Shown piece after piece: positions 38,342-49,965 of a stretch of DNA of 64,000 nt. A program made the translations under genes and the position numbers. Origin of the DNA: Macrostomum hystrix. Its lineage: Eukaryota > Animalia > Platyhelminthes. Within the stretch, counting starts at the first letter, position 1, and the number at the start of each line of letters is the position of its first letter. A model generated the notes under the pieces. The model was not told the DNA's origin and ran no database searches. It saw only the letters and a program-made list of their open reading frames with translations. The DNA lies in the NCBI GenBank assembly GCA_950097015.1, contig CATNEN010000039.1:3720001-3784000 (forward strand). The letters run 5' to 3'.

Positions 38342-40003
38342 CAGATTTTTAATCCAATGGCTTCAGGAAGATCTAAGATTCCTAATCCAATGGCTTCAGG
38401 AAGATTTCAGATTCCTATTCCAATGGCTTCAGGGTGATCTCAGATTCCTAATCCAATGGCTTCAGGATGATCTCAGATTCCTAATCCAATGGCTTCAGGA
38501 TGATCTCAGATTCCTAATCCAATGGCTTCAGGATGATCTCAGATTCCTAATCCAATGGCTTCAGGATGATCTCAGATTCCTAATCCAATGGCTTCAGGAT
38601 GATCTCAGATTCCTAATCCAATGGCTTCAGGATGATCTCAGATTCCTAATCCAATGGCTTCAGGGTGATCTCAGATTCCTAATCCAATGGCTTCAGGATG
38701 ATCTCAGATTCCTAATCCAATGGCTTCAGGATGATCTCAGATTCCTAATCCAATGGCTTCAGGATGACCTCAGATTCCTAATCCAATGGCTTCAGGATGA
38801 TCTCAGATTCTTAATCCAATGGCTTCAGGATGATCTCAGATTCCTAATCCAATGGCTTCAGGATGATCTCAGATTCCTAATCCAATGGCTTCAGGATGAC
38901 CTCAGATTCCTAATCCAATGGCTTCAGGATGATCTCAGATTCTTAATCCAATGGCTTCAGGATGATCTCAGATTCTTAATCCAATGGCTTCAGGATGATC
39001 TCAGATTCTTAATCCAATGGCTTCAGGATGATCTCAGATTCCTAATCCAATGGCTTCAGGATGATCTCAGATTCTTAATCCAATGGCTTCAGGGTGATCT
39101 CAGATTCTTAATCCAATGGCTTCAGGGTGATCTCAGATTCCTAATCCAATGGCTTCAGGATGATCTCAGATTCCTAATCCAATGGCTTCAGGATGATCTC
39201 AGATTCTTAATCCAATGGCTTCAGGGTGATCTCAGATTCTTAATCCAATGGCTTCAGGATGATCTCAGATTCCTAATCCAATGGCTTCAGGATGATCTCA
39301 GATTCTTAATCCAATGGCTTCAGGATGATCTCAGATTCCTAATCCAATGGCTTCAGGATGATCTCAGATTCTTAATCCAATGGCTTCAGGATGATCTCAG
39401 ATTCCTAATCCAATGGCTTCAGGATGATCTCAGATTCTTAATCCAATGGCTTCAGGGTGATCTCAGATTCTTAATCCAATGGCTTCAGGGTGATCTCAGA
39501 TTCCTAATCCAATGGCTTCAGGATGATCTCAGATTCCTAATCCAATGGCTTCAGGATGATCTCAGATTCCTAATCCAATGGCTTCAGGATGATCTCAGAT
39601 TCTTAATCCAATGGCTTCAGGATGATCTCAGATTCCTAATCCAATGGCTTCAGGGTGATCTCAGATTCCTAATCCAATGGCTTCAGGATGATCTCAGATT
39701 CCTAATCCAATGGCTTCAGGATGATCTCAGATTCCTAATCCAATGGCTTCAGGATGATCTCAGATTCTTAATCCAATGGCTTCAGGATGATCTCAGATTC
39801 TTAATCCAATGGCTTCAGGATGATCTCAGATTCCTAATCCAATGGCTTCAGGATGATCTCAGATTCCTAATCCAATGGCTTCAGGATGATCTCAGATTCC
39901 TAATCCAATGGCTTCAGGATGATCTCAGATTCTTAATCCAATGGCTTCAGGATGATCTCAGATTCTTAATCCAATGGCTTCAGGATGATCTCAGATTCTT
40001 AAT
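38342..40003. repeat. 33-bp minisatellite (tcagattcctaatccaatggcttcaggatgatc) overlapping the stop codon of the lectin receptor gene
   Basis: About 50 tandem copies. Confidence 0.97.
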
Positions 40004-42252
40004 CTAGCCCGCTCAAAATAAATTGTGGCCGGATTAGAAGCAGCGGCGGACTCTGTTGCCATGCCAACGGCGTCCTCGTAGCTTGGAAGCTGAGTCGAGT
40101 AGTCGGTCCCGCTGTCCTCGCATTCTGCAGCCGCCGAGCTGCTGGCGAGCTGAAGAGCGGCCGAGTACGATGGCGGCGGTGAGAGGCTCACATTGAAGTC
40201 GGGGCCCAGCTGGCAGAGTCGGTGAACTTCAATCACCCGCCTGGACGAGACACGCCACAGCCGCCTGCTTTGATGATGCCGGCGCAGCGCCAGAATGGTG
40301 GCCAGAATGGCAGCCGCAGTCAGCGCGGCGCAGACCGCGATGGCCGCAATTATCCACGGGCTGCCGCTGTTGTCGATTTTCGCACCCGAATCGTCTTGGC
40401 TCTTCATCAGGCCGGAGGCGGCGGCGGCGGTGGCGTCAGAGCTGACGCCGCGGCCATCCACGTCGAGAAAAGTCAGCCGGCTGTGGAAAACCGAGTCCCC
40501 GGTGGCTCGACGGCTGCTGCAGACGTAGGCCCGCCGTGTGGCGCAGTGGGATATTTGGAACCGACGTCCCGCCGGACGGCTGCGGTTGAAGAACAGTCCG
40601 TGGCAATCGGCGGAGCTGCTGGTCCAGATCTGCCTCGGCTGGAAACTGAAGTACGGTCGAGGTAAGGAGGGTAAATATTAAACTACTTCAATAAGAAGCT
40701 AGACGAAACCATATAGGCTGAGTGACAAGGCAAGTGATGTGGAGTGACAAGATATGAAACTGGGAGTGACAAGATATGAAACTGGGAGTGACAAGATATG
40801 AAACTGGGAGTGACAAGATAAGTGATAAGGAGTGACAAGATATGAAACTGGGAGTGACAAGATAAGTGATAGGGAGTGACAAGATATGAAACTGGGAGTG
40901 ACAAGATATGAAACTGGGAGTGACAAGATATGAAACTGGGAGTGACAAGATATGAAACTGGGAGTGACAAGATAATAAATTTTGGTTGGTTGGAGCCAAC
41001 CTGAGCTGGAAGTTCTTGTAGTCCAGAAACCGGGCCCTGCCATCGCAGGCGAGCAGGGCGCCCACCCAATAGCCAATGTTATCAGCGGCTGCGCCACCGC
41101 TTGGCGGCATCGTTGCGGCCTCAATCGCTTTTATATCGGCGCCAAAATCCGAAGCCAAGTTGGCCCGCATCAGGCGGCAGCCCAGCACAGCTCTGTCGAA
41201 ACTCGCCGGCAAATTGCCCGACGCCGGAGGTCCGAAGCACCGTCTGCCGCCGACACCGCCAGGCCACCAACCCGACGGACAGTCCGTGACGAATTCCAAC
41301 TGCAGTTTTGTTTGAGTTTGAGTCACGTGGGGATATGATTCATTCATGCACTAATAAGCTTTGAATTCTATGGAAACTTACCAATTATCTGCCTGAGGTT
41401 CTGGGATCATTGGATGTCCAACCTGAGGATCTGGGATCATTGGATCGCCAAACTGAGGATCTGGGATCATTGGATGTCCAACCTGAGGATCTGGGATCAT
41501 TGGATCGCCAAACTGAGGATCTGGGATCATTGGATGTCCAACCTGAGGATCTGGGATCATTAGATCGCCAACCTGAGGATCTGGGATCATTGACTGGCCA
41601 ACCTGAGGATCTGGGATCATTGGATGTCCAACCTGAGGATCTGGGATCATTGAATGGCCAACCTGAGGATCTGGGATCATTGGATCGCCAAACTGAGGAT
41701 CTGGGATCATTGGATCGCCAACCTGGGGATTATAACATCTCATCATGCTATAAGCACAAGCTCAGTTGTCACCTGCACTGCCACCTCATCACGAGCTTGC
41801 CTGCCTCCGCCAGGCCAGTTAAACAGCAAATAGGCGGAGTCGCCAGTGACGGCGAAGCTTCTGAACTCCGTCAGGTTGTCGAGCGAGACCCGGCCCGCCG
41901 GCTGGTTAGTCAGGAACGAGTCTTTCACAGTGAGCACCGAGTCAGGTGAACTCATTCCGTCAAGAATGTGGGCAATGTAGTAGCCAGCCGACATGACCGG
42001 CGCAGGCCTCGTTACCTGAACATGACAGCGGGCAACCTCCGATGTGACTGTGAGCCGGACTGTGACGGAGCTCTTCGTGGGTATAATCAGCATGGGAGTG
42101 CTGGACCTGCTGTACAGGTGGGAGCAGGTGTACACTGGTGCCGCCTCCGCTGCTGCTGCTGCTGCATGCCGACAAACAGTGAATGGACAAAGGATTATCA
42201 GTAAAAGTGGAATCGAAAATCCCACTTTCTGATCCGGCAAGTATCCGAGAGG
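39991..42252 (-). CDS. Type I membrane protein: signal peptide, CUB-like beta domain, C-type lectin-like domain, TM, cytoplasmic PPxY/LPxY motifs; exons 42252-41773, 41299-41001, 40645-39991; start codon not found
   Basis: Signal SIPLLLIILCPFTVC. CTL motifs CPSGW..RCF..ASFDRAVLGCRLMRANLAS..YWVG..CHGL..ISHCATRRAYVCS. TM WIIAAIAVCAALTAAAILATILAL. Tail motifs PPPSY and LPSY. Intron phases 0 and 2 are consistent. Confidence 0.8.
40740..40972. repeat. 22-bp intronic minisatellite (ggagtgacaagatatgaaactg)
   Basis: Tandem copies visible directly. Confidence 0.9.
41392..41728. repeat. 30-bp intronic minisatellite (cctgaggatctgggatcattggatgtccaa)
   Basis: Tandem copies visible directly. Confidence 0.93.
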
Positions 42253-42687
42253 CTGTAATGCATTTCATTTCTCAATGTAGTCGTGACAAAAATAATATAC
42301 AGGAGGTTAGGAGTTCGAATCTTAGCCAAACAGAAGGAAGAAGACACAAGAAAAGTGAAAAGCAGCACTCAAAGTGTTTCGCACTCATCGACAAAAGAAA
42401 ACCAAGGAAATTGTTCGCCTGTGAGTGTATTTTAAAAAGCGGCAAAAATTGAAAATAAAATAAGCTTCTATGGTACAGGATATGTTGAATAATAATATGT
42501 ACAATCAGAGCAATTAACAATCACTTTTTGTTTATTCGAAAAGAGACACAGCGCGCTTTTGGAATGCAGAAAAAATATTTGATTAAATGTTCATAAATAC
42601 TGAAAAATTGTTTGCTATTGCTAACGGTTATCACGGAGTTTTTGAGGGTCTGAGTTAAAATTATACTTTGAAAAAACCAACTGAAAC

Positions 42688-42885
42688 AGTGTAAAAGGTG
42701 GTTTAGAAGGTCGTTCCCTGAGCTCGATTTCGCGGCGCTGCAACATCCATTTGGGGCGCAGCCGCGGAGAGAAGACTTTGGGGGCTTGTCGTGCAATTTT
42801 ACGCCCTCCAAGGCACAGTGAGAGTGTACACTGCCTGACGATGAGAATGTCAGGGCAAATGTACACACCTGTGTGAGCGTGAGCA
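42688..42885 (+). mobile_element. tRNA-headed SINE-like element, copy 3 (partial)
   Basis: Reverse-complement homology to 7860-8035 (ccctgagctcgatt..cctccaaggcacagtga..tgtacactgcctgacgatgaga..tgtacacacctgtgtgagcgt). Confidence 0.7.
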
Positions 42886-43735
42886 ATTTTTTGTTTAAAT
42901 TTATCTAAAACACAAATATAATATTACTAGCAATTGCACTGATTTCGGATAATTGTCTAAAGCAGAAAATATCAACTATTTAAACTTGATTTCTGCTACC
43001 TGACCTACGATTCGTTAAAAAATGATGTAACCTACGACTACCTTAAGAAAGTTAAAATTCTAAAATGGCTACACTAACAAATCTGAAAATACCTGTCAAC
43101 ATTGCAGACTACGGGTAAAAAATTGACTTTGATTAACGCTTAGTAACAGTAGAAACACCACGAGAGTATTTCAAATTCCAAGGTTTTTTCTTTCTTCTGT
43201 ACCTCTCAAAGAATTCAACGAATCGCCATGAAATCTGGAAAGCAGGCTAAAATTTTCCGCTCCATCCGATTAAACAACTTCCAGACTAACAAAACATCGG
43301 CATCGTCGAAATATTCAACAATTTTCGTCGAATTTTCTGGTGGCAAGAACCAAAAAATATAGGCATATTTTCTGCTCACAAAATCGTGTAATCATGTCGG
43401 CTATCATTGTTAACTAGCCGTCTGTCGAGATTTTGATGGATTAAATTGTACCTTTTTTTGAACCAATATGGATTCATATTAGACGGCAATCTTAGTTGTC
43501 CTTGTCGCCAGGGTCTTCGACAAGAATCGTTGAATAACTCGACGATGCTGACTCGGACGGCTTTGAAAGTTAGTTAATTGTTCAGGGCGGAAAGATTTCA
43601 TCCCAATGGTGGACTTTCACGAAAAAACGGTCATATAGTTTGGGATTCATGGTGAAGTAGGCAGCGGGCATTTAGTGTGGTCTTTGTACTGTTATCGGAC
43701 AGGCGACTAACAATGGGTGTTTTGACCATAGACTT

Positions 43736-46116
43736 TTACAACTCAAGGGCGGGATTATCAACCCCCCTCTGGCGGTCGTTAGCAGCAGCAGCAGTGGTCG
43801 CAGCGCTGGTCTCAGCAGCCGGAACGGCATAGCTCAGAGCCGCCACAGCCTGACTACCCCGACGCTCTCTCCGCCGCTGCCGCTGATCTTGTCGGCGCTG
43901 CGGATTGTCGCCAACCGCAGGCGGCGGCAGCGGCGGCACCGGGCCGTGGCCCACCGGACTGCGGCAGCGCAGGAACTGGCGCAGCTGGGCGTTGAGGACC
44001 GCAGGCGCCTCCAGCGGCAGCAGGTGCCCGGCGTTCGCCACCCGCACTAGCCGGGCCAGTGGCAGCGTCTCCAGCATCCACTCCTCATCCTCTAGGGATA
44101 CCAGGCGGTCCTGATTGGTTGGGATCGGCTGGGTCTTACAGTCCCATTTAGGTGGGCCTGGAGGCATCTGGCCATGAGTTCTCTTAGTTCGGGTAAAAAA
44201 TCACCTTATATAAGTATGATTGGGCCATAGACAAAAACCACACAAGGAAATGTACAGTGATAAAAGAACACACTGTTTCCTCTAAAATAGGATTTGAACT
44301 TCAGACCTCTCAGTTGTGAGCCCGAAAGCTTTAACCACCTTCCTACAAACTTTCTAGTAATAGTAATACAAAAGGGAATCTTTAGCTTGCTTAGATCGAT
44401 GATTTCTATATTCTAACATTTCTACTTTCAGTAGAATCAGTAGAATATCTCTTCAAAAATGCTTACCTGGCACCCGTGCACCAGCAGGGCGGGCGCGGCC
44501 ACCTGTCTGTGGTAGTCGACCCCACCCTCCGGCCAGTCCTGACCAATCAGCGTCCAGGCCAGGACACGGGGCGGCGCCTCCAGAAGCGCCGGACTGGACC
44601 GACGCCCGAGAGGCGGCTGGGAGTTCGGCGAGAACGCCAAACTGCGGACAATGCGACGGGCGAAGGCCTCAATGCAGCAGCAGCAGCAGCAGCAGCAGCA
44701 GACGCCGAGGTGCAGGCAGGCTGGCGCACCGCCCAGAGCGCTCGGGCCGCCACCGGCCACCAGAACTGCCCGCGAGATTCTCTTGGAGCGCTCAACGCAC
44801 AGCCGGGCAGCGAACGCGGTGCCGTAGGAGTGCGCAACCACCGCATTCCGCTTGCCCGGAGCTGCCAGACGATCGAACAGGCTCAGCGCATCCGACCACA
44901 ACGAGTCGAATGCGTAGTCGGAGCCGATCGTGCTTACCGGACTCCGGCCGTGACCCAGGAGGTCCATTGCGACCACCTGGCGGTGAGGTTTACAAGTGCT
45001 TTATAAACGCAGCCTGAGATGCCTGCCTTGCTCAACTTACCCAACTTAAGTCACCAAATACTCGATCGCGCTAATGGATAGACAGAAAAGAACCGAAATC
45101 TGATACTCTGGCCCGTTGAAAATTCCACTTCCTGTTTTATCTCTCCAGTGTATTATATCTCCCCTGTCTCATCTTTGCTGTGTGTGTCTCATCTCTCCCC
45201 TGTCTTACCTATCACATGTCTCATCTCTCATGCATCTAATTTTTCACCTGTCTCATCTCTCATGTATCTAATTTCTCACCTGTCTCATCTTTCTTGTGTC
45301 CCGTCGCTTTCCAATCTCATCTCTACCCCGTCTCATATCTCCTCTGTCTCCTCTCTCCCCCATCTTATTTCTCCCGTGTTTCATCTCCGCAATGTCTCAT
45401 CTCTCTCGTGTTTTATCTGTCTTGTTTCTCATCTATACTGTGTCTCATCTCTCATTTGACTTATCTCTCCCGTGTCTCATCTCTACCGTGTCTCATCTCT
45501 CCTGACTCTCATCTCTCCCGAGTCTCATCTCTCCCGAGTCTCATCTCTCCTGACTCTCATCTCTCCTGACTCTCATCTCTCCTGACTCTCATCTCTCCCG
45601 AGTCTCATCTATTCTCTGTCTAATCTTTACTGTGTATAGTCTCTCCCTATATCAAGCTCTTCTTGCCTCTACCAGCGGCTCTTTTCCCCGCCGCTTTAAG
45701 TAACGGTACTCTTTGGCCCTAAAGCTTATAGCTGCATCCGTACCAAACCCTGGCCTGAGGCTCCCTACCTCATATCCAAGCTGGTGCAGGTAGCCAATCT
45801 GAAAGAAGAACACATCGCAGCTGCCGCCAACGCCGTGAAAGAAGAAAACGGTGCGCACCCTGTCCTCGGACTCAGTTTTCACAGTCTCCTCTTCTTTTTT
45901 CTCAGCCTCAGCCAGACTGGCAGCTTCACTGAATACCGAGCTGAAGCCGTCGAACACGGAGCCAGCGGGGTCGCCAGGCAGCAGGTGGCACACTGCCAGA
46001 GGCAGACGGCCGGGGCGCAGCTGGAGCAGGCTTCGCGGCAGGGCCGTTGCTGGGTTTTGCGAGTTGGGCGCCACATTGCTGCCGCGGTGCCGCGGTCGGC
46101 TCCCAGAGGCACCCAT
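43736..46116 (-). CDS. ABHD8: Alpha/beta hydrolase domain-containing protein 8-like, ~410 aa; exons 46116-45769, 44976-44467, 44110-43736
   Basis: FFFHGVGGS..LGYE|VVAMDLLGHGRS, AHSYG nucleophile, GGGPSAL, GQDWPEG, LLVHGCQ|DRLV, AGHLLPLEAP. All match ABHD8. N-terminal MGASGS is a myristoylation-type motif. Confidence 0.88.
44285..44345 (-). pseudogene. Degenerate tRNA-like sequence or SINE head in an ABHD8 intron
   Basis: The minus strand reads aggaaggtggttaaagctttcgggctcacaactgagaggtctgaagttcaaatcc, with A/B-box-like and anticodon-arm-like segments but no good acceptor stem. Confidence 0.4.
45150..45608. repeat. Degenerate 15-bp pyrimidine-rich minisatellite (tctcatctctcccgt), reverse complement of the 11345-12270 family
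   Basis: Tandem copies visible directly. Confidence 0.8.
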
Positions 46117-47220
46117 AGCGCGAGAGAGCTGCACAGCTCCGTAGCCTGTCACTGACGCAAATGCTGCAGTTAAAGTGCATGATAACTGATTTATAAAAAA
46201 CTTACAATAAACTCACTTGTTTTATTTTTTGCTATTAACCCAGATATTTTCTTATACCTTCCAGGAAAAAGCTTTCGATAATAACAAATTACTAAACATC
46301 ACTAATAGTTTATGGTGTGTTAATGCATGCACAAATTTCTGGTGCTGCAGGCTAGATAACTTGTTTTATGTAAATTGATTACAAATTACCTGTAATTTCT
46401 CTATTTCCCCAAGTATCTCATATCAGTGGCGCAGCCAGGAATTTCGTCTGGGGGTCAGCGGCTACGGCCCCAAAGGCCCATGCCACACTCGCTGTGCAGA
46501 AGCATCAGCCCCATAAAAGCAGGCTTCTGAAGTTCATCCCTCTGATCCTTGAGCCTTGGAAACGCCCATGGATGAAATATATAACATCCTTGTATATAGT
46601 ACTTATCATCCAGGGATACGACACCGTCTCATATAGTCATATGGTGAGCAAATTATTACGATGCATGAATTACTTTATGTATATCATAATGTTTTTTTAG
46701 ATTTTTTCCTAAAGAAAAACTATTGACAATAATTAATCTTATCACATAGTAAAAAAGGTAACTATTACATTTTCAATTGCACAGCGGACTCTACTCTCAT
46801 AAAAAATATAGCCAGCATACACTATAATGTAATACCTGCATTGAAAATAGAAGTTAAAACAAAACAAGAATTAAAATTTGATAAACATATACCTAGGGTA
46901 TATGTAAATCAGAAATTTATATTGTCCGGGCTAAAAAACTAGATATTGGAAGTACTAGAAATCAGATGTTAATTTCTGTTTAGAATTTTTCTCACTTTTG
47001 ACTTTTTTAAGATTCATATTAGAAACTACTAGTGATTATAGTTTTAAACTTTAGGGTGAGTAGCATCGAAATCCTGCCTGCTGTGAATAATTTTCGTGAA
47101 TATTTTCTAAATAGCTTTTGACGTACACATAACGAAAAATTTCACATAAGTTATGCGAATATGCGAATCGTTTATCACAATCGAAAGATTATAAATACTA
47201 TTATTAACAAACAGTAACGA

Positions 47221-47347
47221 AAATAATACACAAATTCGCCGTGCGCGCAGTGGCCCAAGAAAAGGGGGAGCGTCAAAACGTACACTTCGGAGCAAGTTTA
47301 TGAATATGCCTTGCTCCGTCTGCTTGGCTCAGGGTCGCCGTAGCAAA
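47221..47347 (-). mobile_element. Very short, diverged 3'-end fragment of the RTE family
   Basis: aataata..tacac..gtggcccaagaaaagggggagcgtcaaaacg aligns with the RTE 3' end at 18805-18870. Confidence 0.6.
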
Positions 47348-48029
47348 AGTGAATTAACAGAACGGAAATTCATAATGATTGATCACAAACGGAAATACAT
47401 GAGTTTATTTATTTATTTTTATTAAATAAACCTGATTAAAATTTCCATATTAAAAATGATACATGTCAATAATTAAAAAAAATATCAAAATACGTTGAAG
47501 TAAATCTATAAAAGAAGAATAAATAATATTTCAACGTACTTATAGCACATAAAAGAAAATTACGATAACTTAGCCAGGCTATGGGGGATAGTATAATTGT
47601 TTATTCGTTTATACCTTCCGGGTTTGTACGTTCGTACGGGACATTTACGCTCCTATTATTGTTTAATATTTGTCTTGATTTGCTGAATTTTTGGGTGCCT
47701 TGCCTTTAAATAAAGCACTAATAGCTTCTCGAAAACGCAGGAAGCAGGGGCATTGTGGTTAATTTAAAAGCACGTTTCAATATTATAATTAAAATGCACT
47801 AACATAATATTTTAGCAAAAATTGCTCCAGAAACATGTGTTTTATCCACTCATCGTCGCTCACCAATAAGTAATAGTCTCCGTAGTGCATAAGCCGGTAT
47901 GACGTTAACACAGATCATTTAATAAAAAAATAATAATAATTGACACTAGACCCAAGGGCCAGTGCAGCAGGTGTTGTGTGTCAGGCACACTAGCAGGTGG
48001 GGACTGCAGTTAGCAATATGCAATATGCA

Positions 48030-49041
48030 GTTAGAATATGCGTGTGGGATCCCCTCGCACGCAGAAGAGCGGCGACTCTGCGGGCATCCCCCAAGATGAG
48101 GCGGTGCATAAAGTCCTGGGGAAGTTGCTGCCAAGCGTTTGCAATGGCGTGACGCAGCTCCACAACATTCTGTGGTGCATTCTCTTTTCGAATGCTGCGC
48201 TTTAGAAAGTCCCAGACATGCCCGATTGGATTCATGTCTGGGGACCGGGAAGGCCAGCGCAAAGTGCGGATCTGTAGCTGCTCTTTCACTTGACCAACAG
48301 CATCGGCTCAGTGTGGCGGCGCATTATCATCCTGGAGAATGCAGTTGCCAACTCCTCCGAAAGGAACCAAGTCTGCAGAAGATCTGCGTAGCTATTAGCG
48401 TTCACGTTGGCATCCAGGAAGACGATATCCGTCCTTGAATGTAGCGAGATGCCGGCCTAAACGTGCACTGAGGCAGCGCACTGTACAAGCTGCTGCAGCA
48501 TCTCCTGCCGCGGTTCTCACCAAACGCGGGTGCGACCATCTGCTTGGAAAAGTCGGAACCGGCTCTCGTCAGTGAACACAACGCGTCGCCACTGCTGCTG
48601 CCTCCAGTGGACGCGCTGCATCGCCCACTGCTCTCGGCTGGCGATGTGGGCAGGACTGAGTCGAGGCCGCTTGCGCATCTTGCGAGAGCGGAGGCCGGCC
48701 TCCCGAATTCGACGTTGAACTGTCTGGGCGCTCAGGATGTTTCCTGCTCTGCTTCTCTCACCCCACATCAGACGGAGCAGGGTGGCTGGCAGGGTGGGAG
48801 TTCGCCTTACTATTCGCAGCAGACGGTAATTTGGTCTGGCTGTTGAGCCACGGAGATCAAGGCGCTGACTGCCTTCGCAGCGTGCTCCACGCTGCCAGTC
48901 TCACGGGACTTCTGTCAGCAGTTTTCGAATTGCCGCTCGCGATCTTCCAAATCTGCGAGCAAATTCGCTGATGGACACACCGACTTCCAGCAGCATTCCA
49001 ACAGCACGCCATCGTTCAGCATTAGTCATTTGCCGGACCAT
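48030..49041 (-). pseudogene. Decayed Tc1-family transposase
   Basis: MTNAERWRAVGML (HTH), SAQTVQRRIREAGL, WRRVVFTDESRF, QDDNAPPH (frameshifted) and WPSRSPDMNPIGHVW (catalytic E replaced by G). Several stops and frameshifts. TIRs not identified. Confidence 0.88.
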
Positions 49042-49965
49042 TTTTGAAATCGTGTGCTTGTGTGGATTAGACTGAAAATTGTGACTCCTTAAGTTACGCA
49101 GTTTTGCACCATTACACAGACCCAAGCCCCACAAGTGACAATAAGCTTCGCTGCGTGCCGCAACTTCACTCACAATTAAGTGAGAAAAACTCCTTATATG
49201 GGCCTTCATGGCATTAGATTGTAACCCGCAGCACATAGTACCAAAGCATAGAAGAAGGCAAACATATAATCCAGACATTCTTATTGGTCAAAAGTAGAGA
49301 TCGGCGGTCAGGATGGAGATTTATTGTATGTACGAGAACCCGCACGGAGCAAACATAATCTTCCATACTAGACTGCTTCTAGAAGTTTGCCAGCTTCTGA
49401 TAATTGGCGTACCGCACAAAAACTCGCCTAAATGAGCAAAAAAGTTGTATACTAAGTAAAAAATTGCGTCCTTGATTAAAAAGTGACAAATAAAAATTCT
49501 ACATAACAGGCACACAAGTAGGCGGCGATTCGTTGATCTGAAAACAAACATTTCTCTGATAACTGTAAAACCAATACATTGAATGCTAGTTGCAAAACCA
49601 TAAAATGCTGCATGTTTAGAAAAAGGGTATAGGTCACAAAATATAGTAAATTAAAGAATACAGCTATTTTGGCTTTAGCCTTAAAAAGCGATTCAGGATA
49701 ACAATGACATATAATTCGACTTAATTGACTACAATAATTGGTCGATTGGTTCGAGAACTAGAAGAGTAGTTTGGCTTGAGTAAGTACTTGAGTAAATACT
49801 TGAGTTAAGACCGTATTTTTAACTGCACGACAGAAAAAGGATGCCTAGAAATCCTAATGCTTCTCCCAGACTGACGGGTCAAAGCCACGGAGTGACGTCA
49901 CCTCGCGGTTATCGCCTCTTCCGCTCGACATCATCGCTGCAGGTGCCGTCGGCATCGCAGACCGG

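Noticed and set aside
46425-46570. cagtggcgcagccagg hAT-like terminus
   Set aside because: The matching right TIR is poor and no TSD was found.
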